From positions 72,133-136,132 of the IMG/VR virus record IMGVR_UViG_3300035510_000286: a stretch of 64,000 nucleotides of DNA; one strand, given 5' to 3'. The notes under the pieces are model-generated. The model saw nothing but the letters and a program-made list of their open reading frames with translations, made no database searches and was not told where the DNA came from. Below are positions 18,013-27,576 of this stretch, piece after piece. Origin of the DNA: a virus. Lineage: Duplodnaviria; Caudoviricetes. Every line of letters starts with the position of its first letter. The first letter of the stretch is position 1. The translations under genes and the position numbers were made by a program.

Positions 18013-18490
18013 TATGATTTGTTTTCTTGTTATATTTGGGCTTTTTGCCTTTGGCTTGATTTGCGAATCTCGTTCTTACTCTAAGTATCATAAAGTTGAC
18101 TTAACGGATTATATTTTAGCCGTTGGTTTATCTTTTCTTATCGCTATACCATGTACTCTTCTGGCTTGCTGTATAACCACTCTTTATGCCGATACAGAGG
18201 CTTATGAATGTGAGCGGATTGAATTGGTTGCTTTAAAAGATACGAGTGATAATTTTCTTTCTATCGAGCAAGTTGATGATGGAACACAGTATACTTTTGC
18301 TATGCAAGAACCTGGTAAAGGCATAATTATGAAAACCGTTAGCACTAAAGAATATGATTGTTATATCAATTATACTGACGGGCAGCCCTACGTGATAAAA
18401 AGCCAATATACTTATACAAATCCTGCTTTTCAAAAAGTGTTCTTTTGTTTTAAGCATGATGAATATACGTTCTACGTGTCTAAAGAGTAA
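17987..18490 (+). CDS. membrane protein (start possibly 18014)
   Basis: Two TM segments. Confidence 0.65.
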   Translation: MVGLKGLIDMICFLVIFGLFAFGLICESRSYSKYHKVDLTDYILAVGLSFLIAIPCTLLACCITTLYADTEAYECERIELVALKDTSDNFLSIEQVDDGTQYTFAMQEPGKGIIMKTVSTKEYDCYINYTDGQPYVIKSQYTYTNPAFQKVFFCFKHDEYTFYVSKE

Positions 18491-18498
18491 AGAAAGGA

Positions 18499-19092
18499 TT
18501 GGTACTTATGAAATATGTAATCTATTTTCCTTCTTCTAAGACTTACTATGCCCAAGACAGTAAAGGAGCATTAGTATTCGCTACTGGTATTGAGTCTGCT
18601 GCCAAGTTTAGTAACGCTAATTATGCAGAAAGAGAGAAAGAAATTCGATTGAATAAGGGAGAATCTTCTTTTGAAGAAGCGCAGATTATTCCTTACGATT
18701 CAAGCCTTCCTCAAACAAAAGAAGAAGTCGCAGATATTGAAGCTAAGTTTGATAACTTGCTTGATACAGCAAACGCTTTTTCTAAGAGCATTAAAAATCT
18801 TAAGTCTTTAAAAACTTATTATACCATGAAGCTAAGTGAATATGATAAGATGCAAGAAGATATCCTTCATAAAATCGAATTTGAAGAGATGGTTGGCTTA
18901 CGAGCTATTTGCTTGATGAAGCAACTGAAAGAAGTCAGAGAAAAGCGAAGAGAAATTAAAGACAAATTTACTCTTATTACAACGCTTGAAAAAGCTGGAG
19001 CTATTAACGTAACTAATCTGATTGATAAATATAACAGCAATCTTGAAACTAGAACTTACTCGCCTAGAGTATTAAAGGAGTTATTTGAATAA
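18499..19092 (+). CDS. coiled-coil hypothetical protein
   Basis: QEDILHKIE...RREIKD...YSPRVL, a common phage family pattern. Confidence 0.7.
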   Translation: MVLMKYVIYFPSSKTYYAQDSKGALVFATGIESAAKFSNANYAEREKEIRLNKGESSFEEAQIIPYDSSLPQTKEEVADIEAKFDNLLDTANAFSKSIKNLKSLKTYYTMKLSEYDKMQEDILHKIEFEEMVGLRAICLMKQLKEVREKRREIKDKFTLITTLEKAGAINVTNLIDKYNSNLETRTYSPRVLKELFE

Positions 19093-19109
19093 TAGAAAGG
19101 ATTGATAAA

Positions 19110-19748
19110 ATGAGTGTTTATGCAGTATCAGATCTCCATGGCCGATATGATATTTATTTAAAGATTTGTGAACTTCTTAACCCCGAAGATAAAGTTTGTT
19201 TTCTTGGGGACGCCGCAGATAGAGGTCTTGATGGTTGGAAGTTGATTAAAGCTATTTATAATAATCCTCAATGGATTTATATTAAAGGCAATCACGAACA
19301 AATGTTAGAAGATGCAATGAGAGATAATTGCGAACTTCCTTTACTTCAATGGAATGGCGGGGGTATCACTTATGCGGAATGGCAGGAAGAAGGCGCCGAC
19401 GAATCTTGGATTAAAAAACTTGAAAAGCTTCCTCTTAGCATTGAGCATTTTAGCGAAACCGGACATATGATTTTGTTAAATCATTCTGGATGTGAGAGTG
19501 AAGATCCAGAGGAAGTCCTTTGGGATAGACATAATTTCTTAGAAGAGCCGATTGGCTATGACATTATTGTACATGGACACACTCCAGTTCAAGAGATGGA
19601 AGGATATATTGGTAAGAAGTTAGAAAATCTCGGTCCTATGTGGTATTGCAACGGTCATAAAATTGATATTGATATTGCGAGTGCGTATACTGGAAAAGCT
19701 GTCTTGTTTAACCTTGATACTTTTGAGTCTCGCGTAGTAGGAGGTTAA
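19110..19748 (+). CDS. Ser/Thr protein phosphatase-like metallophosphoesterase
   Basis: SDLHG, GDAADRG, GNHE, HGHTP. Confidence 0.85.
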   Translation: MSVYAVSDLHGRYDIYLKICELLNPEDKVCFLGDAADRGLDGWKLIKAIYNNPQWIYIKGNHEQMLEDAMRDNCELPLLQWNGGGITYAEWQEEGADESWIKKLEKLPLSIEHFSETGHMILLNHSGCESEDPEEVLWDRHNFLEEPIGYDIIVHGHTPVQEMEGYIGKKLENLGPMWYCNGHKIDIDIASAYTGKAVLFNLDTFESRVVGG

Positions 19749-19756
19749 ACAAAAGA

Positions 19757-20023
19757 ATGAAAATGTGTGTGCATGATTTATATTGTTTAAATTGCGGGAA
19801 CCGCAGCTTACCGGTGTATAGAAATCGAGGCAGCTTCCGGGAGAAATTCCATAGAAAAAAATTGTATTGTCTTAATTGCAAGGCAGCGTGTAATCACGTA
19901 GAAATTAAAAATAGTAAAGAACTCTTAGAGTTTAAGAAGAATTTTGAAGCGGGAGAATTTAAAGAAGAAGCTGCCGCATCTATTTTAGAAGTTGAAAGAG
20001 AGGAATCTATTTATGACTTATGA
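19757..20023 (+). CDS. zinc-ribbon protein
   Basis: Two CLNC motifs. Confidence 0.7.
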   Translation: MKMCVHDLYCLNCGNRSLPVYRNRGSFREKFHRKKLYCLNCKAACNHVEIKNSKELLEFKKNFEAGEFKEEAAASILEVEREESIYDL

Positions 20024-20516
20024 GATTATTATGATGTGCGGAATTCCTGCTTCTGGCAAGTCTACTTGGGCTAACAAGCAAGCAGAACTTCATAGAAGAG
20101 ATGGAGACACTGCAGTAGTAATTTCTCGAGATGAATGCCGCAAAGAACTTATTGGTGAAGATATGGAGAATTATTTCTCCAGAGAAGAAGAAGTATTTAA
20201 TAACTTTATTGATAGAATTAATTCTTCTATTAAAGAAGGTGTAAAGTATATCTTTGTCGATGCAACTCATGTAAGTCATGCTTCTCGCCACAAGCTACTT
20301 TCTCATATTAAGATTGAAGGAAATATTATGCTGCGGGTCGCGGTAATGCTTACTAGTTATGAAAGCGCAGTTCAGCGTAATACAGAACGAGCTGGCTTCG
20401 CGCACGTACCCGATTCCGCTATTGAGTCTATGTTTGATAATTTTTCTTATCCTACTGTTCCTGAATTAATTGGCTATGGTTTTAGGTCTGTATTGATTGA
20501 GAGGTTTGAGAATTGA
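19992..20516 (+). CDS. polynucleotide-kinase-like P-loop (AAA_33) protein (start possibly 20013)
   Basis: GIPASGKSTW, ISRD, VDAT, RNTER. Confidence 0.8.
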   Translation: MKERNLFMTYEIIMMCGIPASGKSTWANKQAELHRRDGDTAVVISRDECRKELIGEDMENYFSREEEVFNNFIDRINSSIKEGVKYIFVDATHVSHASRHKLLSHIKIEGNIMLRVAVMLTSYESAVQRNTERAGFAHVPDSAIESMFDNFSYPTVPELIGYGFRSVLIERFEN

Positions 20517-21082
20517 GTATTTGGGTTACTTCTGATTGGCATTTTAACCATGATAAAAGTTTTATCTGGGAAGCAAGAGGATTTGAATCAGTAGAAGAAA
20601 TGAACCAAGAAATTGTGCGGCGACACAATGAGTTAGTGCAGCCGGAGGATACTGTTTATGTGCTAGGTGATTTGTGCCTTAGTACAGATCTTGAAGGCAA
20701 TAAAAGTCTAATTGAAAGTATGAATGGTAAATTGCATATTATTGTAGGAAACCATGATACTATTAAACGGCAAGAAATGTATGAAACTTGTTCTAATGTA
20801 TCTTATATTTCTCATAGTTACCTGATGTATAAATCTAAACCTATGATTCTATTCAGCCATTTTCCTACTCTTGTTTCTAACGCAGATGATTATAAAAAAC
20901 CCTTTAAGACTAGAATTTTGAATATTTGCGGTCATGCTCATACTCCGAACAGATTCTCCGATTGGGGCAAAGGGATGATTTATCATGCAGATATGGAGGC
21001 ACATGACTGTAGACCTATTGAATTAGATGAAGTTATAAAGGAGTGCAAAGAAGCATGGAGCCCAGAATTTATAAGAATTTAA
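20513..21082 (+). CDS. calcineurin-like metallophosphoesterase
   Basis: SDWHFNH, LGD, GNHD, SHFP, GHAH. Confidence 0.85.
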   Translation: MSIWVTSDWHFNHDKSFIWEARGFESVEEMNQEIVRRHNELVQPEDTVYVLGDLCLSTDLEGNKSLIESMNGKLHIIVGNHDTIKRQEMYETCSNVSYISHSYLMYKSKPMILFSHFPTLVSNADDYKKPFKTRILNICGHAHTPNRFSDWGKGMIYHADMEAHDCRPIELDEVIKECKEAWSPEFIRI

Positions 21083-21927
21083 ACTTAGAAAGAATTTTTA
21101 TTAGAGATAAAGATTTCAGCTATGCTCGGTTCGAAGATTGTGAATTTAAGAATATTATTGTTTCTGATGTAAAGCTTGAGAATTGCGTCTTTGTTAATTG
21201 CGTATTCTATGGGGATTCTAGCTTCTATAATTGTACGTTAGATACAGTATTTTTCTTAAATTCTAGTATTGAATATTCTAGTATTAAAAAGATGTGTTTC
21301 TATAATTGCATTTTCTGTAAGACTGATTTTACAGCTTGCATCATTAAAGGTGTATTCTTTCAGAAAGATTGTGCCTGTATCCATTGTGATATTCAAGATA
21401 ATGATTTCTTGGATGCTGAAATAAGAATTAAATTTGATAGCTGTACTATTTATAGTAATTTTTATACTTGTAATTTTTTGTATTCTAAATTTACTGCAAA
21501 TAATGTTATAAATATCTATGATTTTTATCATAATTATAATTGTGGTTCATTTGAGTCTGTAGAGTCTTATAATCTATTTTTAAAGTCTGGTATGGATTGT
21601 CCTTCCGAAGGCTCTTATATTGCCTTTAAAAAGGTTTGGAGCGAAAACTGTCGAACCGCGATTGCAAAGCTGGAGATTCCCGCAGATGCAAAGCGGAGTT
21701 CTGCAGGAGGCTCTAAATGTAGAGCAAGTAAAGCTAAAGTTCTGTTTATTGTTGATAAAGATTATCCTAATATAACGTATAATAAAGCTTTTAGCCAGTA
21801 TGATAAATCTTTTATCTATCAGGTTGGGGAAACAGTAGAAGTAGAGAATTTCGATGACAATAGATGGGAAGAGTGCGCGCCAGGTATCCATCATTTTCTG
21901 GATAAATATAATGCTATTAACTATTGA
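21043..21927 (+). CDS. pentapeptide-repeat protein with DUF5758-like C-terminal domain
   Basis: FxxCxF periodicity; AKLEIPADAKRSS..KCRASKAKV..ECAPGIHHF. Confidence 0.8.
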   Translation: MQRSMEPRIYKNLNLERIFIRDKDFSYARFEDCEFKNIIVSDVKLENCVFVNCVFYGDSSFYNCTLDTVFFLNSSIEYSSIKKMCFYNCIFCKTDFTACIIKGVFFQKDCACIHCDIQDNDFLDAEIRIKFDSCTIYSNFYTCNFLYSKFTANNVINIYDFYHNYNCGSFESVESYNLFLKSGMDCPSEGSYIAFKKVWSENCRTAIAKLEIPADAKRSSAGGSKCRASKAKVLFIVDKDYPNITYNKAFSQYDKSFIYQVGETVEVENFDDNRWEECAPGIHHFLDKYNAINY

Positions 21928-22079
21928 TATAACCCCTGGAGGTATAATGCCTTCAGGGGTTTCGTTGTATTAAGCTATACTTCGAGGTCCAGTTCATTGC
22001 ACCCATAGGGAAATTTTTTGGTAAAATGGCTTTAATATAAAATTTCTGATATAATAAAAGAAAAAAGGAGATTCATATT

Positions 22080-22547
22080 ATGAATTTAATTAGAGTATTA
22101 AACAGATGTCCAGTTAAAGAGAAAACTTTAGACCATATGACTGTAGCTACTATTAATTACAATGGTACTGATTATACTGGCTTTAGCGCTTGTTGCGGGG
22201 AAGATGAAGAATTCTATTCTCCTAAAATTGGATTTAATATTGCCCATCAGCGGGCTTTAATTGAAGCGGCTTATTGGGCTACTGCTGATGCAGAACGAGA
22301 GTGGAAAATTCTGAATAAAGCTTATAAAGATGCTATGTTTAATTTATATGAAGATAAAGACGCTATTGCAGAAGCAGACCCGCAAAATAGATTTAAAAGA
22401 CAAGTGCGGATGGCCGAGAATAAGTACCGCCGTTATTCCAGAGATTTAAAGATTCTTAGAAACGAACTTAATGAATATCTTAAGGCTCAAGAGACTGTTA
22501 TCAGTTCTCTAAAGAGACAGAGACAAAATAAGGACGAAAAGGATTAA
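22080..22547 (+). CDS. hypothetical protein
   Basis: ORF track, RBS aaggag. Confidence 0.7.
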   Translation: MNLIRVLNRCPVKEKTLDHMTVATINYNGTDYTGFSACCGEDEEFYSPKIGFNIAHQRALIEAAYWATADAEREWKILNKAYKDAMFNLYEDKDAIAEADPQNRFKRQVRMAENKYRRYSRDLKILRNELNEYLKAQETVISSLKRQRQNKDEKD

Positions 22548-22588
22548 ATTATTTAATCCTTTTTTTAATATCCCTAGGAGGAATTTCT

Positions 22589-22813
22589 ATTAAGTATTTT
22601 ATTTTAGGAATCCTCTTTGCCACTATAGGAACTTCTTTACTAGATTTATTAGTAACTATTATTACTTATTTTACTGAATTAATTAAGGCTAAGTTTAGCA
22701 TTAAAATTGGAGAACTTAATGCGGAAATAGCTAAGTTGAATGGTGAAGAAGAACCTACTAGAGTAATTGGTTTTACTCTAGGTGAAGAAGGAGATGAAGA
22801 AGAAGATGATTAA
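22589..22813 (+). CDS. small membrane protein with probable ATT start
   Basis: RBS AGGAGG 7 nt before ATT; 74-aa frame with TM helix and acidic VIGF..EEEDD tail overlapping the PhoH ATG. Confidence 0.5.
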   Translation: MKYFILGILFATIGTSLLDLLVTIITYFTELIKAKFSIKIGELNAEIAKLNGEEEPTRVIGFTLGEEGDEEEDD

Positions 22814-24032
22814 CTTTTATGATACATCTAGTTTGTTACTAAAAACTAGCTTTGACGATGAAAACAAGTTTTTAGTTTCTTCTATTACAATTAAAGAATT
22901 AGAAAATATAAAGACTTCTACTCATAAAAATGAAGAAATTAAGTATTCAGCAAGAAATTTATTAAAATTTTTATATGAAAATACTGATAAGTATGACGTA
23001 ATTTTACATAAAAGTGCTTATGAATTTCCGATTGTAGAAGCGGATTTCGAGTTGAATAATGATTCTAAAATCCTATCAGATGTTATTTATGCCAACAACA
23101 ATTTGCATATAGACGATATAGACTTCGTTACAAATGATTTTTCTCTCGCTTTATTAGCAAATCAATTCTTGGGTGATGGCTGCATTAAAGCTATAGCTCC
23201 CGCCGAAGAGTATACAGGATATATTGAAGTAAGCGTGAGTGATAGCTCAGTAGCAGATATATATCAAGATAAAAACCCTTATGGTTTGTTATGTGGAGAA
23301 TACTTGATAGTACGAGAAGAAGATAAAGTAGCAGATGTCTTAGTATGGCAAGGCGACTCGTACAGACACTTAAGTTACAACTCTTTTACTTCTGATTGGT
23401 TTGGTGAAGTTATTCCTTATAAAAATGATATTTATCAAAAACTATTATTTGATAGCTTGTGTAACAATACCATGACTATTATTAGAGGTAAAGCTGGAAC
23501 AGGAAAGTCTTATACTGCAATGGCTTATCTCATGTATGCGCTAGAAAAAGGCATTATAGATAAAATAGTTATTCTATGTAACCCCGTTGCTACTAAAGAC
23601 TCGGCCAGACTTGGCTTTTATCCTGGATCTAAAGAATCTAAACTTCTCGATTCATAGATTGGTAATTTCTTGATTGGTAAATTCGGCGGCTCTGAAGCAG
23701 TAGAGAGATTAATAGAAGAGGGCACTTTGATATTGATTCCTGCTTCTGATTGCAGAGGACTAGATATAGGTAGTAGGGCTGGCGTATATATCACAGAAGC
23801 GCAAAATACTACTATAGATTTAATGCAACTTATGCTTCAGCGGATTGGAGAGAATTGTATCTGTATCGTTGAAGGTGATGATAAAGCACAAGTTGATTTA
23901 AAGGTATATGAAAATAATAATAATGGTCTGCGGCGGGCCTCGGAAGTATTCCGCGGCGAACCTTACTATGGAGAGGTAACTCTTCAAAATTGTTATAGGT
24001 CTAAAATAGCTGCTAGAGCAGAATTAATGTAA
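22806..24032 (+). CDS. phoH: PIN-PhoH (PhoH2-like) protein (TAG at 23655 read as Gln)
   Basis: PIN YDTS..VTND; Walker A GKAGTGKS; LGFYPGS; RG..TEAQN..GD; the two fragments are in frame. Confidence 0.88.
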
Positions 24033-24084
24033 GAAAAGAAGCACTTTATGTGCTTCTTTTTTTCTTTTGAAAGGAAGTGAAATA

Positions 24085-24915
24085 ATGTTAAATATTACTA
24101 AGAAAACTAGCACAACAAATACTACATCTCTGCCTAATCGTTCAATTAAATATATTGTAATTCATTATACAGCCGGTGTAACTTCTAAAGCTGGTACTGC
24201 GGCAAGTACTGCGTCTTATTTTAGTAATGCTAGTGTAAAAGCCTCAGCAGATTTTATTGTGGATGATGGAACTATAGTCTAGTTTAATCCTGATATAGCT
24301 AATAGATATGCTTGGCATTGTGGTGGTTCTAAATACGCTACTAAAGGTGGTTCACTCTACGGAGTAGCTACTTTAAAAAATACTATTGGTATTGAGATTT
24401 GTTCTACCAATAAAACTGGCAAGATGACATATGCTAATGATTCTAATTATTATTTTAAGGATACTGCGCTTAATAATGCTGTAGATCTAGTGAAATATTT
24501 AATGGATAAGTATAATATTGATGTTAATCATGTTATTCGTCATTATGATGTAAATGGTAAATAGTGTCCTGGCATCGTTGGTTGGAACGCAGATACAGGT
24601 GATGAAAGTCAGTGGCTAGCTTTCAAAAAGAGATTGACTACCACTACTACAACTAGTTCTAATACCACTACTAATCAGACGAAATCGCAAAAGGAGGAAG
24701 AAATCGTGACTCAAGAAGATTTTAACAAGATGATGGATGTATACCTAAAATCTTTAGCCGAAAAGGATCCTAGTTCTTGGAGTAGTGCAGACCGCACATG
24801 GGCAGAGAGTAATAATCTTATTACTGGCTCAGATGGCAAAATGCAGTATAAGAAATTCTTAACTCGTGAAGAGTTTGCAGCGGTGCTACATAGATATTAT
24901 GAGAAATTCAAGTAA
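24085..24915 (+). CDS. endolysin, N-acetylmuramoyl-L-alanine amidase (Amidase_2) with SLH-like C-terminus (two TAG read as Gln)
   Basis: YIVIHYTA, SADFIVD, AWHCG, IGIEIC, IRHYDVNGK(Q)CPG; C-terminal LTREEFAAVLHRY. Confidence 0.88.
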
Positions 24916-25204
24916 TAAAGAATTTTCTAAAACACTACTAGTCCAAGAATCTATTTTAATTTGGATTATGACTATATCTTTCATTGCTCTTGCTTTTATC
25001 TGTATATTTAAAGGTTATACAGGTTCTTTACCTTGGCTATCTGCAATGTCAAGCTTACCTTGGGGTGCTTACGCAGTAAGTCAAGCTTTTTATTATTCTA
25101 AAGCAAAAGCAGAGAATACTGCAGGTGGATTGAAATTTGAGACTATAATGAAAGATATGACTTCTAGCGCTGAAGATTTAGATGATGTTATTCCTGACAT
25201 CTGA
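24899..25204 (+). CDS. two-TM membrane protein, holin candidate
   Basis: Two TM segments and FYYSKAKAEN; adjacent to the endolysin. Confidence 0.6.
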   Translation: MRNSSNKEFSKTLLVQESILIWIMTISFIALAFICIFKGYTGSLPWLSAMSSLPWGAYAVSQAFYYSKAKAENTAGGLKFETIMKDMTSSAEDLDDVIPDI

Positions 25205-25388
25205 TTATTAAGGGCGGAACTTAGTTCCGCCCTTTTTATTTTTATTTGAAATTCTAAAAAATTTGTTGTATAATTATTAAAGAAAAGTGATAGAGAGGAC
25301 TTCCAATCATTCATTTCTCTTTCACTTAACAAAAATATTATAATTTAGTAAATTTAAAATTTCAATCTAAGGAGGTTTATACCATTAG

Positions 25389-27564
25389 ATGAAAGATAAT
25401 AAAAATCTATATGATGAAAATTCTATTCAAAGCTTAGATCCTAGGGAGTTTACACGCTTGAGGCCTGGTGTCTACGTAGGTAGCACCGAGTATTCTACAC
25501 AGCTTTTAATCGAGATTATTAGCAATGCTGTTGATGAATTTCGAGCTGGTAATGGGTCTAAAATTGAAGTAAAAGTAAATGATGATAATGTTATTGAAGT
25601 TAGAGACTACGCACAAGGTTTCTTAATTAACAGTGTGCGGGAAGATGGTAAAACTATCCTTGAAGCTAGTTTTAGTGTACTTAATACCAGTGGTAAGTAT
25701 AGTGAAGATGGCGTATATGAAGGTACCGCTTTAGGTCTTAATGGTATTGGTTCTAAGCTTCCTACCTTTTTAAGTCATTGGCTTGAAGTTACTTCTTATC
25801 GCGATGGTAAGATGGAAAAAATCAGATTTGATGAAGGTATCTTTACATCGAGAGAAGTGGCAGATACAGAGCAGCCTTCCGGCACTTATGTAAAATGGCT
25901 TCCTAGCGAAGAATTCTTTGACCATCCCGAAGTTAATGAAAAGGTAATTAAAGACTTACTCGAGGTTTTAGTTTGTCTTTGTCCCGGACTTACTATTGAA
26001 TATACTAGTCATGGAGAAATTACAAAATATTATTCTAAGGAAGGTTTAAAGAATTTAGTAGACAAAGCGGTTAAAGAAAAGGAAATTCTAAAGAATCGTT
26101 TTACTATCAATCATACAGAAGGCAAGTATAGTATTGACTTAGTAATGACGTATACTGATTCCTATTCTTCTACTATTGTTCCATATGTGAATACTGGTCT
26201 TACTGATTCTGGTCCCCATATTTCTCAGATTAAAACTATTCTAACTAGAGAAATGAATAAGTTCTTTAGAGATAAAGGATGGCTTAAAGATAAGGATAGT
26301 AATCTTTCCGGCGATGACTGTCAAGAAGGTATGTATTTAGCTTTTAATATTTCTGCACCTGGTGTTTCTTATGACGCACAAACTAAGTCTAGAATTGTAA
26401 AGCTAGATATGAAACCTTTTAACGGGATCATTACTGAATCTCTCCAGTACTGGTTTGCAGCAAATGAAAAAGAAATTAAAAACATTGCGGACAAGGCTTT
26501 AAACGCCCGAAAAGCGAGAGAAGCTGCACGCAAAGCTCGAGATGCCGCACGAGATCCTAAGAAGAAAGAAACCGGCCTTAAGGCTAAGATGCAACTCAGT
26601 AATAAGTTCATTGATTGTGTGAACAAAAAACCTGAAGAACGCACGCTGCTTATAGTCGAGGGGTTAAGCGCCGGGTCAGCTGCAGTTGAAGCGCGTAATG
26701 CCAAGACTGATTGCATCTATATGCTGAGAGGTAAGATTATTAGTCCTCTAAAAGCTAGTTTGGATAAAATTCTAGCTAATCAAGAGATGTCTGATATTAT
26801 CAGAGTTATTGGTGCAGGATTCGGTGATGCTTTTGACGTTTCCAAGATGAATTTTAATAAGATTGTTATCACCAGTGACCAAGATAGCGATGGAAGTGCG
26901 ATTGAACTTTTGCTTATTACATTCTTTTGTACTTATATGCGGCCGCTCGTGGAAGCTGGCAGACTATATCGAGCTGTAACTCCTCTTTATATCATTAGAC
27001 AAAAAGGCGAAGAGTATTATTGTTATTCTGACGCAGAATTGGAGGATTGGAAGAGTCATAATTCTGGAAGTTATGAGTTACTACGAGCAAAAGGGTAAGA
27101 GATAGTCTGGCCCTTACTTACTTTTCCCAATGACCATGGGGGTTTGTTTAATAAACAAGCTAACGAGGGAGTCTGACCAAGTAAAGTTGAAGATAATCTC
27201 GTGCCAAGTCTCATAATGAGAAAGGTGTATCGACTATTCCCTTTGTCGGGAAGTACTGGTGCTATTGGTACGCACTCTAGTTTTAGGAAACGAAGCTAGT
27301 TAAATGAGGAAACGGTAAGCTTTAAGATTTATCTTAAAGAAGAAATAGTCAGTACCATTGGAAACAATGGATTAATATGTAGGCGAATTAAACCCAATCG
27401 ATTTGCAGAAGGTGTGCTTTGAGAATGAAAGATACAAACAACTAACAATTTCTGATTTAGAAGAAACTATTAAACTGCTAGAAGTTTTAGAAGGTCCTGC
27501 GATCGAACCTCGTAGACAATATATCTATGATAATGCTACAGAACTTGGTTTTAGCTTTGATTAA
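25389..27564 (+). CDS. gyrB: type II topoisomerase subunit B (GyrB/ParE-like); exons 25389-27096 and 27380-27564
   Basis: RPGVYVG, EIISNAVDE, GLNGIG, VEGLSA, DQDSDG; spliced junction restores RAKG-LGELN. Confidence 0.92.
27097..27379 (+). mobile_element. group I intron without ORF (in gyrB)
   Basis: Exon ends in U, intron ends in G; P1 aagggt/gccctt; core tcgacta...tagtc. Confidence 0.88.
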
Positions 27565-27576
27565 GGAGGGAATTTA

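Noticed and set aside
22004-22022. tagggaaattttt shared with about 44091
   Set aside because: Only two short copies in AT-rich DNA, too little to call a site
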